Virus record (IMG/VR): IMGVR_UViG_3300028591_000123
Span: 32,001 to 96,000 of that record
Origin: a virus
Strand: one strand, 5' to 3'
Length of the DNA: 64,000 bases
In this document: in pieces, positions 20,664 through 32,500 of the stretch
Layout of the letters: each line of letters opens with the position of its first letter
How positions within the stretch are numbered: the first letter of the stretch is position 1
The notes under the pieces: model-generated
The model's database searches: none
Seen by the model: the letters and a program-made list of their open reading frames with translations, nothing else
Told to the model about the DNA's origin: nothing
Program-made: the position numbers and the translations under genes

Positions 20664-21983
20664 CTATAAGCACCCCTTGGCTTTTCTTATCGCATTTATG
20701 ACCGCGTTCTGGTTTTTGTAATGTGTTATCGGACCGAGGGTGTTGACTACAAGGGCAATGTTTCTGTATGCGCATGGGGTTTTCATCAGGGTCCCGACGA
20801 TCCTGGCTTTTTCTGTTGTCCGGTTTCTCGGGTAAGCGTTTTGAATGACTTTTGATATCTCGGTCCAGACCTTGCTGTTGCCTGTGTCCTCGGTTGTCTC
20901 TGTTGTTGGAACATCTTCTGCCTCACCGGTTGTTCCGGAATCATCTGAAGAGCCTGAAGACCCATTACCGCCTCCACTACCCCCTGATGATGAAGAAGTA
21001 GTGTTTGATGATGTTCCTGATTCATCCCGCTCAGGAGCTTCCGGGCTGTAGGATAATTCCAAATCACATGTGATCGGGCCTTCATCCCATTCGATGTTTA
21101 ATCCTTTGACAAAATAAAACTCGGGAAGCTCGCCTTCCTGTTTCTTTATCTCATTCTTCAATGTCAATGGGTTCTCCAATGTGACAATATCCCCTATGTC
21201 TATGCCTCCATCATGAAGGATGCTTGCCTTGATTCCCATTCCGAAATCTCTCATATGGGCGGCGAGGTACATCTTGGCTTTTTTCTGAGCCTGGGTTTTA
21301 CTCAGCTTCTTTTCCTTGTATGTCTTCGGAACCTCGCCATACACTCTGACAAGATCGGGGAAGGATTCCTTGACAACCCCGTTCCTGTATTGAACATAAA
21401 CCGTGTTGAAGAATCCGTATTCATTGACATCAAGGTCGTAAGTTCCGTCCTGAAGCTGCCATAATGCTATGTCTTCGGCGCTGTTTTTTTGTTTCTCCCT
21501 CAGGTATGCGGCTTCCGCATATAATGTTTCCACATCGGTCACGACAATCATGTTTCTCTTGCATAGAAATTGCACGTCGATCCCGTTGCAGATTTCACCA
21601 ATAAGATCCTTGAATGTTTTCTCACCACTTAAAACAGGGTTGTAGGCGGCTTCTGATGATGAAGATGATGAAGATGAAGAACCACCGGCGCTTACCGGGT
21701 TCATCTCATTGGATGCTGGGGTCAGTGTTCCTCTTGACGGGGTCCACTTATCCTCTCCGTTCACACAATCATAATCGGCATCGCAAGCACTGCATGTCAA
21801 TTCTCCCTCGGCGGTTTTCTTGGGATTGAATAATAATGTTCCTTCCTTTCCACATAATGGGCATTTGTTTTTCCAGTAATGTTCTGTTAATTCGTATGAA
21901 TATCCATCCCTGCCGGGGTATGACCATGTGTGGATGATTTTCTTATCCTGTGAGTATTCGGCTTTAACTCCGTCCAATGCCAT
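20664..21983 (-). CDS. Baseplate hub C-half paralogue 2 with N-terminal Zn-ribbon
   Basis: Start MALDGVK; CPLC...CSAC; hub-like region DGTYDLDVNEYGFFNTVYVQY...LSKTQAQKKAKMYL. Confidence 0.6.
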   Translation of the reverse strand: MALDGVKAEYSQDKKIIHTWSYPGRDGYSYELTEHYWKNKCPLCGKEGTLLFNPKKTAEGELTCSACDADYDCVNGEDKWTPSRGTLTPASNEMNPVSAGGSSSSSSSSSEAAYNPVLSGEKTFKDLIGEICNGIDVQFLCKRNMIVVTDVETLYAEAAYLREKQKNSAEDIALWQLQDGTYDLDVNEYGFFNTVYVQYRNGVVKESFPDLVRVYGEVPKTYKEKKLSKTQAQKKAKMYLAAHMRDFGMGIKASILHDGGIDIGDIVTLENPLTLKNEIKKQEGELPEFYFVKGLNIEWDEGPITCDLELSYSPEAPERDESGTSSNTTSSSSGGSGGGNGSSGSSDDSGTTGEAEDVPTTETTEDTGNSKVWTEISKVIQNAYPRNRTTEKARIVGTLMKTPCAYRNIALVVNTLGPITHYKNQNAVINAIRKAKGCL

Positions 21984-21987
21984 GATA

Positions 21988-23235
21988 TCACCCGAAGAGA
22001 TTTGATAATGCATTCAATAAACCATTTCCGCCACTTGATGATGAGCTTGTTGGTTCTGCTCCCAATGATTTCGGCCACCAGGATTTATTTGTTTTCGCTC
22101 CTTGTTTAAAAGTTTTCAAGTCCTTTAACAATAGATTTTTATCAGTACGTCCTTTATATATTCGATTTAGATAATATGTTGGAGATGGTCTGCCAACAGC
22201 CTTTGATGGTGAAACCCCAGAATACCATATTCTGTAGATTGTGGCGACAGAATTCAAGGCTGTAGGATTCTTAGCCCAGTACCTTGCATTGTAAGCACTC
22301 TTCAACCATTTCTTCACATTCTCCTGACCAGCATTTCCACCAGTTGGTTGACCATTTGCTGATGGAGAATAAGTGCTCGTGTTCTGTGTTGACTCCTGAG
22401 CTCCTGATTGGGCGGCTCCTCCGTATGTTGTGCCGTAGACTGACGCTCCGCTTCCGCTGTAAGTGTTTCCTTTTGCGATCTTGCTCATTGTGGGGGTGAC
22501 TTTACTATATTTCAAGGTGTAATTTATATGATAAAGGTTATTCAGTTTATCTTCGTCCAGTTTGTTCTGCAAGGTATACTTGTTTATAGTGTCGCTTGGG
22601 TTGGTCTTTTTGATCCTGTCAATGAGGTCAGGGATTTCAGTAATCTCCTCTCCATTCATTGTCACATTGCCGTTCTCATCAAAACCAATCTCTTTTAATC
22701 TTTTTTTCGCATTAGGGGATATGACGTACTTGTCAATCTTCAAGGCTTCAAATATCAACTTCATGACAGTATACCCATCCTTGTTCACCACATTGTCATT
22801 GACAAAAGCTGATGATGCGTTCTGCTCGAATTTCCATCCATAATTCTGCAATGAAACAACAAGCTCGTATCCATCTTGTCTGACTTCACGGCATCTTCCT
22901 ACAAATAATATCTTTGGAGCTCCCTTGTTTGCCCCATATATTACACATGTAGCTCTTAAAGGTTCCCAGTACTCCATCAGGTCGGAGTCGAAAGGACATC
23001 TCAGCTCCGCCGTTCCCATGAATTCAGACACCTGCACGTCAATGCTTAATGAATGAAAGTAGGTATGTGTCTGCTTATCAGTATTCGTCCATACATTGAC
23101 TTGGGTTTTGAAGTTCGGACTCTTATATGATGTATTATCATCAATCCCAAGCTTTCTGTTGTTGTTGGGTTTTAGGAAACCCGCTTTCTTTAATTTAATG
23201 TAAGCTTCAGCTGTATTCTGATCTTTTTCTGACAT
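21988..23235 (-). CDS. Baseplate hub N-half paralogue 2
   Basis: DLMEYWEP...YG...ILFVGRCREV...GYELVVSLQNYGWKF, paralogous to 24675..25829. Confidence 0.55.
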   Translation of the reverse strand: MSEKDQNTAEAYIKLKKAGFLKPNNNRKLGIDDNTSYKSPNFKTQVNVWTNTDKQTHTYFHSLSIDVQVSEFMGTAELRCPFDSDLMEYWEPLRATCVIYGANKGAPKILFVGRCREVRQDGYELVVSLQNYGWKFEQNASSAFVNDNVVNKDGYTVMKLIFEALKIDKYVISPNAKKRLKEIGFDENGNVTMNGEEITEIPDLIDRIKKTNPSDTINKYTLQNKLDEDKLNNLYHINYTLKYSKVTPTMSKIAKGNTYSGSGASVYGTTYGGAAQSGAQESTQNTSTYSPSANGQPTGGNAGQENVKKWLKSAYNARYWAKNPTALNSVATIYRIWYSGVSPSKAVGRPSPTYYLNRIYKGRTDKNLLLKDLKTFKQGAKTNKSWWPKSLGAEPTSSSSSGGNGLLNALSNLFG

Positions 23236-23247
23236 CTCTTATCACCT

Positions 23248-24678
23248 CTAGCAAACTTCCGAAACACTTGAAAGTTCTTTGCAATTTGATTTTGAAACCA
23301 TGTTCTTTCCGCCCCATCCGGCATAACGGCTTACGCCATCTACAATTACCCATCCGTTCCCATATTTGGCTTCTGGGTAATAGTGTCCCGCGGTATGTCC
23401 TGTTGTGAATGTAACTGAGAAACAATGATGGAGTTTGTTTGGAACTCCAACCGCTGTGAATAAATCACATAATGCCTTGGCTGTATCTGTACAATTAGCG
23501 GATTTGCTGCTAAGAACTTGTTCTGTACTTTGTCTACTACATTCATAATGTCCATAATGCATATTTGATTTCCACCAGGCCCATATTTTCTGGACTTTTT
23601 CATCATTAGTGGTGGCGTTGCCTACTATCTTTTTGGCGAAATCAGCCACGGTGCCTGATGGGTTTCCCGCCATCTGGCCACCACCACCGCTGCTTCCGCT
23701 GCTGTTATTAGTATAATATCCGCCACCGGTTTCCGGGACTTCCGGATTGTCGGGGTTTTCGGGGCCGTATCTCAGGTCGAGGTCCGCTACGAATGTTTTT
23801 TCACTAGCGTTCCAGTTTACTGACAAGCCGTATATGTAGTAAAGGTTTTCCGTCATTGTGAGGGGGTTTCTTAATTTTATGTATTGTCCGACCGCAAGCT
23901 TGCCACTATAGAGTGCGGATACTTGAACGGTCATGTTAAAATCTCTAATGTTCGCACTCAAGTATGCTTCTGCTTTCACCCTCGCTTGAGTATATGAAAG
24001 GGTCTTGTCGGAATAGGTTGCAGAAACCTCGCCATATATATTAACAAGGTCTTCATTGCATACTTTGACAGTTCCATTCCTGTAATGCAGGATGACAGTA
24101 TTTATCATTCCCGCCTGATTGACATCAACATCAAGGCTTCCATCTTCCTGCATCCAATAATCAATCACTATCGGCTTGTCAGGAAAGCCGGTTTCCTTGT
24201 ACCCTCCGGCGAATAATGTGTTAAAGGATACAAAATATACTGTATCATTAACTATGTAATAATGCGCATCAATGGCGGATGCTATGCTGTGAAGAACATC
24301 ATCAAAGGTTAAATCTTCATTATCAGCCTTGTCCGCTGAGGAATCATCGGAATCGGATGAGCCGCTTCCGGAAGAACCACCTCCTGATGATTCTGAGTCA
24401 CCGCTTAACAATGAATCTTCATCAGTAGCGTCAGGTTCTTCAAGGTCATCGGAGGCGGATGTTTCGCATCCTTTTATCCTCATGATATCCCTTATCAGAG
24501 CATTCTGGTTCTTATAATGGGAGAAAGGACCGCCCATCTCATTAGTTATGAGGGCTATGTTTCTCCATGCGCACCGTGCTCCTGCCAGTCTTTTTGAGAA
24601 GCTGTATAATTGTTTCTTGCTGTATGTTGGATAGGCCCATCTTAAATGGGTGTAGATTGAGTCGAAAACCTGTGTCAT
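23248..24678 (-). CDS. Baseplate hub C-half paralogue 1 with transglutaminase-like (Cys-His-Asp) domain; putative virion pseudomurein hydrolase
   Basis: ANCTDTAKALCDLF...GHYY...WVIVDGV triad; hub-like DGSLDVDVNQAGMINTVILHY...LSYTQARVKAEAYL. Confidence 0.7.
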   Translation of the reverse strand: MTQVFDSIYTHLRWAYPTYSKKQLYSFSKRLAGARCAWRNIALITNEMGGPFSHYKNQNALIRDIMRIKGCETSASDDLEEPDATDEDSLLSGDSESSGGGSSGSGSSDSDDSSADKADNEDLTFDDVLHSIASAIDAHYYIVNDTVYFVSFNTLFAGGYKETGFPDKPIVIDYWMQEDGSLDVDVNQAGMINTVILHYRNGTVKVCNEDLVNIYGEVSATYSDKTLSYTQARVKAEAYLSANIRDFNMTVQVSALYSGKLAVGQYIKLRNPLTMTENLYYIYGLSVNWNASEKTFVADLDLRYGPENPDNPEVPETGGGYYTNNSSGSSGGGGQMAGNPSGTVADFAKKIVGNATTNDEKVQKIWAWWKSNMHYGHYECSRQSTEQVLSSKSANCTDTAKALCDLFTAVGVPNKLHHCFSVTFTTGHTAGHYYPEAKYGNGWVIVDGVSRYAGWGGKNMVSKSNCKELSSVSEVC

Positions 24679-25829
24679 ATGTGAACCCCGCTTACGTATC
24701 TTTGACTTTCAATTGTTCTTTGAATCTTTCTCCTGTTCTGGGCGGGAGTGCCGTAATATGTTTGTTTCTTATAAGCCTTGTCTATCCATGCCTGCTTGCC
24801 CGTACCACTATGGGATGTCGCATTGCCGTACCAGGCTTCCCATATCTGTTTGTAGTAGGCTTTGCTGTACGCCTTTGGTTTCGGGGCCGGTGTTGTCTCG
24901 GAGGATGTTGAATCAGATGACGGTACATCAGATGATGAATCTCCTGATGATTCTGATTCCTGTGAAGCCTTCGCGGCGGCTTTCGCCTTCGCCTTGGCTT
25001 CGGATTTCATCTTCTTCTGAAGGCTCTTGTAGGCGCTTGATTTCTTGTCTATCCCGGTCACATAATATTCCGACAGATTCTCCAAGTCATTCTTTGATGT
25101 TATCCTTGAAGCCGTTTTCAAATTAACATTGTTATTGATCGTCCATGAGTTGCGGATTGATGAAGGATAATAATAATTGCTTGACCCCACAACCTGAGTC
25201 AGCTTGTAGAGTTCTCTGTTATTGAATTCCCTGCTGACTTCCGTGTTTTCCTTTGTATATTTCGCATCAGCCACAGCCTGGTCTATATCGCTTCCTTTCA
25301 TGTTTTTGATTACCTGATTAAGATCGGGAATTGACTCGACCGTTGTGCCTCCTATGGCGACAGAGCCTCCGCTTTCATATACATACTTGTTCAGGTCGGT
25401 TATTCCATCCAGATTCACATGGTATTTGACATTAGCCATTCCTAATAATGTGTATACAACATCCTTGACGGGTTTGCCATCAAGATAATCCAGGACGGAA
25501 GCTGGACACAACTGCTTGAGCTTCCATCCGATATTCTCACATGTGACCTGTATCTCATACCCCGTGTGCATGATTTCCCTGACTCTCCCGGAGAACAGTT
25601 TCTCCCGGTCATATGTTCCGCCATAAATGGCGCATGACATCCGACCTGGCTCCCAATAAGCCATCAAGTCCGGATCATAAGGCATGTGCAGGACCGCTGT
25701 TGTCACGATATCGTTCTTGTCGCAATCAAGGTCGAAAGCCGTGATGTAATCATGGATCTTGCCGTCAGGGTATGTTTCAACTCTCAACACTTCTGAGAGT
25801 CCATTGTAATCATATCTTTTAGTTGACAT
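24675..25829 (-). CDS. Baseplate hub N-half paralogue 1
   Basis: DLMAYWEP...IYGG...KLFSGRVREI...GYEIQVTCENIGWKL; canonical position two genes after the TMP. Confidence 0.6.
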   Translation of the reverse strand: MSTKRYDYNGLSEVLRVETYPDGKIHDYITAFDLDCDKNDIVTTAVLHMPYDPDLMAYWEPGRMSCAIYGGTYDREKLFSGRVREIMHTGYEIQVTCENIGWKLKQLCPASVLDYLDGKPVKDVVYTLLGMANVKYHVNLDGITDLNKYVYESGGSVAIGGTTVESIPDLNQVIKNMKGSDIDQAVADAKYTKENTEVSREFNNRELYKLTQVVGSSNYYYPSSIRNSWTINNNVNLKTASRITSKNDLENLSEYYVTGIDKKSSAYKSLQKKMKSEAKAKAKAAAKASQESESSGDSSSDVPSSDSTSSETTPAPKPKAYSKAYYKQIWEAWYGNATSHSGTGKQAWIDKAYKKQTYYGTPAQNRRKIQRTIESQRYVSGVHI

Positions 25830-25830
25830 T

Positions 25831-26523
25831 TTAGAATCCCCAGTTGTTTACTTCCCTGATGGTGATGCTCCATGCGGATTCCTCTTCTCCCTCTCCTATG
25901 CTGTAATCGCATTCGGTCATGTATCCTACAACGATTGTAGGGAATAATGGAGAGATGACTGTCAATGGCCTGCCCTGCAGGTTGTCGAAGAATGATTTTC
26001 TCAACTCCACAAACTTGTCATCATAATCCTCTGGATAAACCCATAGGAATGAGAACTCCTCATCAGTATTGTAATGGAAGTCCTCGACGTGTATGTCAAC
26101 ATCCTGATTGTTGTTCTCATATGATAACTTTCCCGTCACAGAGCTGAGCCTTTGATGGACAAGAACTTCGAGCTGAACCTCGGCGAACCTGTCACAAGCC
26201 TTTTCAACAAGTATCATTCCCTGAGCGGAATCAAATTCCTCATAATCCTTCCCATGCGGCGTGAATTCAACATTCCGGACATTGAAATACATCGCATGAG
26301 GAGGTTCTACCTTCTTGTACTTATCCTTGGTCACATCATCCTTTGACACTATGCTGTTTGTTGTGTTTCCCGTGGTCTTGTCGGTGTATGAAGACCCCAG
26401 GTCCTCTGAAGATGAGGTCTTCTTGTTGTTGTTCTTCTGATTGTAATAGTTCTGCAGGTTCTCCGCGTCAGTATATCCGGGGATTATCAAGACAGAACCT
26501 TTTGTTAATGAAAACTCTGTCAT
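25831..26523 (-). CDS. Putative tail tube initiator/baseplate protein
   Basis: Directly follows the TMP; C-terminal VGYMTECDYSIGEGEEESAWSITIREV pattern. Confidence 0.5.
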   Translation of the reverse strand: MTEFSLTKGSVLIIPGYTDAENLQNYYNQKNNNKKTSSSEDLGSSYTDKTTGNTTNSIVSKDDVTKDKYKKVEPPHAMYFNVRNVEFTPHGKDYEEFDSAQGMILVEKACDRFAEVQLEVLVHQRLSSVTGKLSYENNNQDVDIHVEDFHYNTDEEFSFLWVYPEDYDDKFVELRKSFFDNLQGRPLTVISPLFPTIVVGYMTECDYSIGEGEEESAWSITIREVNNWGF

Positions 26524-26539
26524 AATATCTTATACCTCA

Positions 26540-29500
26540 TTAGTTGTTGTTTGTCTGGGTTGTTCCGGTAGGGAGGTTGTCCCCGTCGGTAGCTCCGACT
26601 GGGTCGTACTCCGCCTCCTCATCCTGTATGATCTTAGGATCGGATCTTTCCTGAACATCAATGATGGCGTTCTTAACCGCACTCTCAATATTCTTTGCCT
26701 TGTCGGCCGTGTTGATTTTGATGTCACGGAGCTTGAAGTTCTTATTCATGACCGTGAAGCTCGGAGCCTTTTTGAACAGGTTCACATTGAGTTTTGGTAT
26801 GGCTTTCTTGTTACAGATAGCCAATTGAACATAACGCTGCCTGTTGTTGTTATCATAATCTTTGCCACCACCGCCTTTTCCGGAGCCACCTGTCTCATCA
26901 TCAGCAGCATCTTCGGCATCCATATTGCTTTCATTGATTGTGTTTGTTAAGTTCATCAAGTATTTAATAACATCTGGATTATTCTTAACAACTTCATCAT
27001 TAAGTTTCATGATATCTGTTGCGTTATAATCTGAATAACCACTTGATGGAAAACCAGGGATATTTGATGCAAGTCTTTTCATGAAATTTCCAATAGTTGG
27101 ACTCTCATATTCCTTAGCTATGTCAGTATACTTTTGGTGGGTTTTCCAATATGAACCATTTTCTACTCCATATTTTTTCAAATATTCTTCAGAACTTTTT
27201 TGAGCTTTCTTCATAGCTTCAGCTGGAGTATCTCCGGCGTTCAATCTTTCGTAATATTTTGCCTGATACGCTTGAGTTTGATATTTGGTATCCATTGCCT
27301 TTACAGCATTTTTATACTCATCGCTGCTTTTATTTCCGTCTTTAATTATTTTGTTTAATTCTCCAACACTCTCTACTGGAGTATCAGATACGGCATTATA
27401 AGAATCAACGGCTGCTTCATTCGCTGTACTGACAATAACTTGACTTAATTGTTGACTAATAACAGCTAAACCTTGGTTCATTGCCTGCTCAACACTAACA
27501 CTTGATCCAGTATTAGAGTGAATACCGCTGCTGGTAGCTAATTGAGAGTATAATCCTTGTGTTTGATTAATTAATTCAGGTTTAACTTGTGTTTCAGCAA
27601 CTTGATATAAATCGTTTAAAGTATGTAACATTACTAATTGTTGGGCCGCGATTTTACTAATACCTAAACGCTGACCAAGATTAGCGAATTTCTTATCAAT
27701 GTTTTGAATATTTTTTAGAACTAATCGACCATTTTTGAATTCAAATCTAAAGTTCTTACGTTCAAAGCGGTTTAATTGTTTATCATATTGTTTTCCAAGT
27801 TTCGCTAATTGAGTTGCTGAGTATCCTCCATTGTGAGTACCAATATCATTCCAATAACTATTATATTGAGGATATAATCCCTTATTTCCTCCAAAGATTG
27901 TTGATATGTCATTTCCGCCAACATTCCTTTTATCAAATGACGCCGCTAACTTTTCAAAATCTGTTTCCAAATCCTCAGCGTTTTTAATACGAGTAGTAAA
28001 CTGCAATCCATTTTCAGATGATTGAGCAATATCTTCAAGATATTCCTCTCCTTTATCTGTGAGTCCAAATTTTGTTTTCCAAGCATTAATGTCAAGTATA
28101 TCTCCTAAACCATATTCATCTTTAGAATTCTTAATACCGCTACCTTCATACCATTCCGTGAAATCAGCTTGTGTTCCGTAATGTCCTAATTGTCCGGTAT
28201 CATCTTCAACATTAGCTTCATTTCTTAATGCCGCGGTCATTTGCAATTGTGATGTGTACAATAATCGAGTATTTGCTTCAAGAGCGGTTAAATCTTTATT
28301 GAGCTGTTCTGATTCAGTTAACTCGAGATTCTCATCCGTTAAGAGTCTGAGATCCTGCATTGTAACATCTTTATCCCGACCTTCTTTCAAAGCTTCTTCG
28401 ATTGCTGTTTCCTTATCATCTTCACTAACATTGGAGAAGTTTTCATCAGCTCGTTCTTTGCTGGTTAGGAAATTTGATTCAGCTTGTGAATATCTCTCCT
28501 GAGCCTCGGACGTTTCTGTTTGGATTTTTGTGATTCTTTCAGATTCCTTTTCAACGACTGCGGAATAGGCTTGCATAACACCTTGGAAGATAGTCATTGC
28601 GGCCATCATTGGTCCGCCCATAAGATTGGTTACTGATCCAATAGCTCCTCCTAGTTTTCCGAGAGCTCCTGTTGAGTCCTTTATTCTTTCACCGAAGCCT
28701 CTGGTTTGTACTTGACCATCCTTGTCAGTATAAGTGGATGGGGCGATACCAAGACGTGCCTTAAATCTTTGGAAAGGACTTAGTCCTGACATATACTCTT
28801 TCATCAATATATCTTTTCCAGCACTATCAGGTAATGCTCTAAGTTGTTCAAATGATAAACTACCTTTACCTGGTCCATATTTAGCGTTCATTTGTTCTGC
28901 GTGTCTTTTATTATTTTCGGCAATATCATCCTGATATTTTTTAACCTTGTTAGCTTGTTTTTCATTCAGCTTATCTAATCGTACAGCTCTTTCCTCTGCC
29001 GTACTTTCAACACCAAACAACTGATCCAAACCAAGAAGAGGGTCTTCTAAATTCTTACCATCAACTTGTTTTCTTCGCCATTTTGAAACAGCTTCCGGAT
29101 CACGATAAACAGGTCCATAAGGACGTACAAAAGGTGGTAGTTCAAATTCATCCCTAAATGGTGTCAAATCCGCATTCGCAAGATTAGAAAGAAAATCATC
29201 ATTTAAATTATCAAGTAAAACAACATCTCCAGTTCCAAAGAATCTTCCACCCGCATACGTATACTCACCACTTGCATTTTGCAATATTTTCTCACGTTTA
29301 GAAGCTTTATACTCTTCACTATTGAAATACTCATCATTAATTTTATTCATATCATCAGGATTCAAGAATCTGCCTTCACTCAATATTCTTTCCAAAGCTG
29401 ATAATTGCTGAGATTCTATTTGCTTAATCTCTTCCAATTTTTCCTCAAACTTCAACATGTTAGTTATTGTTCCGAATTGCTTCTGACCTTCTTCGGTTAG

Positions 29501-32500
29501 GAAATCATCAAAACCTGGTAAATTTGGAGTATCAGCCTGACGAGCATAAACACCTTGTTTGATATTGCGTCCAAATAATTCCTGTTCTTCTACACTAGCT
29601 TCTTTCCACCATTCTACAAACTTGTCATGATCAAAGAATCCCTTTTGTGCGCTTAACAATTCATTTTCCGCCAGCATCTTGAATGGGTAACCCCTTACAC
29701 TTTCAGGGGTATCTCCACGCCCTTCATGGATTTTCATTCTACGATAAGGATTTCTCGTTTCATCCAATTCATCAATAAGTGCTTTAACGGTATGAACCGG
29801 AGCGATACCCTTCTCTATATTATCATCGAATTGACTTAATAATCTGGCGATATTTAGATTGTCATGAAGAACTCCTTTTTCTGATACAAATTTGTTTATG
29901 ACATCATCTTCAACATGGAACGCTCTGAACCAGTTGATCAATTCATCATAATTCTTTGCATAGAAACGGGAATAGGCTTCCTGTTGTTCTCTTAATGTAC
30001 CATTAACAATCTTGTCCATATAATAAGCATGGGATTTCTCTTGTTGAGCCTTATTACGATCACTTAACCCTTCTATTGTTTTTGCCATGTTTTCAACTTG
30101 ATTTGGTTCTGGAACGGTGAATACTCCTTTTTCAACTTCATCATTAAGGAGTGAACCCTGACTGAATGAAGGAGTAACGTCTCCTATTGTTGTTATTTTT
30201 GGTTCATCAAGTTCAGGCATATTAGGATATCTTTCCTTCATTGCAAGAATTGTTTTTCTTGATTTATCTATATCCCTAAATTGACCATCCCTATTTATTG
30301 TAGGAGTGAGACCAAGATAATTACCATCTTCATCATAACTATGATAATAACCCAATTCACTATTCGCATGAATACGTTTATCCTGATCTTTTATGATTGC
30401 AGCATCTTCTTCCTTAATCTGTTCTCTAAATGCAATCATTCGTTCATAATATCTTCTAATAAACTCTTCCCGTTCTTTAACTCGCTTGTTGAATTCTTCA
30501 ACAATTGCCGGATCAGCCCAGTCTTCATTATCCAAACCAAAGAAACTTCGTCTTCTGCCGTCTATATCAATTTTAAATAACTCGTCAAATTCGTCATTCA
30601 ATCTTTGAAGTTCTTCTGTTTGATATCTTAAATCCGTTCTTCCATCAGTTCGAGCTATAATGCTTGTACTATACAATAAATCTTCCATACGGGCGTGAGT
30701 GACACGATATGTGTCAGCCACAACTTTAGCGGCCATAACTTCATTAGTCAATCCCTCGGTTATATTATAAATAGGGTTGCTGAGGTTACCTTGTGTCTTT
30801 TCAAGACGAGGCATTGGAATAGCTCCCTCAGGCAAGCTGGCGTCAGAATCCTTAAGAGCCTCCATAACCTGCATTATGCCTGCCATTCTAATTGGCACAG
30901 CTCCCATTCCATGGAAGCCCTTCGCTCCAATATTGCTGTGTAATCCACCAACAATTTTTGTCGGATCCGCAACACCATTTCCATCTAATTCCATTCCGAA
31001 TTGTTTGCCAATCCAATTAATAAATTGATGAGCATCATAATCATTGATTGAATTTCTTCTTAATTCCTCAAAAAGATCTTCAACTCCCGCGAAAACCTCG
31101 TCTGGTGCTAAATCTCGAACCCTTGACGCCATTGTTTCGATGCTTTCTTCTTTAAGGATTCCGGCACTATCCCATGCTGACGGACCCCTTTGTGTTCCTT
31201 CTCCTGATAAAATATAATCCATTGTTGACTGAGCCATTTTACCATTATCAACACGTTCCTGAAGACTTTGTCTGATCACAGCCAAATCTTCTTCGTAAAG
31301 AGGATTAGGGTTCAATGTTTCACTAGCAGACCTGTTTAATTCAGCATAACTGAAAGCGGCTTTCCCTTGTCTGATATCTGCGGTTGCAGCGTCAATACCT
31401 TTGATCCGAGATTCCAGTTCTTCCAACTGGATCCTATCGTTTTCATCAATTTGAGCATCGCTTTCAATTTTCGCCGCCAAAGCGTTTTTCTTTTCCATTA
31501 ATAATTGTCTGCGTTTATCCAGATTAGCTAATGCTCCTTGCGTACCATTCATTATTTCATATTGCTTATTAAGTGACTCCGCAGCCAGCATCTGTAATAA
31601 CTGAAGGCTTCTTGCATCCTTAAAAGCGGCTGGTGGAATAGGATTTGATTGCTCTGCAACAACCCTGGCACGTTGTGGATTCTCGCGAGTATCCTTAGCC
31701 AACATCGTATTATACTCGTCCATTTGATTTCTATGAATACCCTTCAGAGTATCTTTATCAATGGACGGTCTAGTATATTCCAAATTGTTATCTTCATATA
31801 GTATTTTCTCAGCTGTATCGGCATTCAATGTTTCTAATAAAGGTGGTGTTTCCTGTCCAATGATAGTGTTTACAGTAGGAGTTGTATGAGCTGTTTCACC
31901 ATGTAAGGAAGCTTGATACATAACTCTCATACTATCCTCGAAAGCCGCTCTCTCCAAAGGATTGTTTCTCTGATGAACAATATCACTAACAGAAACAACT
32001 TTTCCAGAGGCTGTCATCATACTCGTAATAGCTTTAATGATATCATCTGAAATATTAAGACCCAAACTTTGCAAAGTCGCTCTTAATTGAGCAGTTAATA
32101 CCTGTCTGGCTGCTTCAACTCCACGAACATTCTCTACATCTCGAAAATCAGTTGTAATGAAATCGAATGCGTCCTTGAGTAAAAAATCTGCCCCTAAAAG
32201 ACTATCTAAGAAAGCAACATTACTACCTTGAGCAAGAATCTTCCATTCTTCGACACCTTCTTCATTATAATATTTAAAAACATCACTATCCAAATTAATA
32301 GGTTTGATTCCAGTCATACCACTAATTTGAGCTTCACTAATCCAGTTTTTTATTTGATGCTTATCAGTATCATTTGTTGGGTTGAATTTTATTTGATTAT
32401 CAGAAATTGACATTGGAATATTGCCAAAACTACGTTGCAAAGTCTCAAATACCCAATCAGGTTCAAGCCCAAATTCAAGTAATTTATTAGGATCAAGGTC

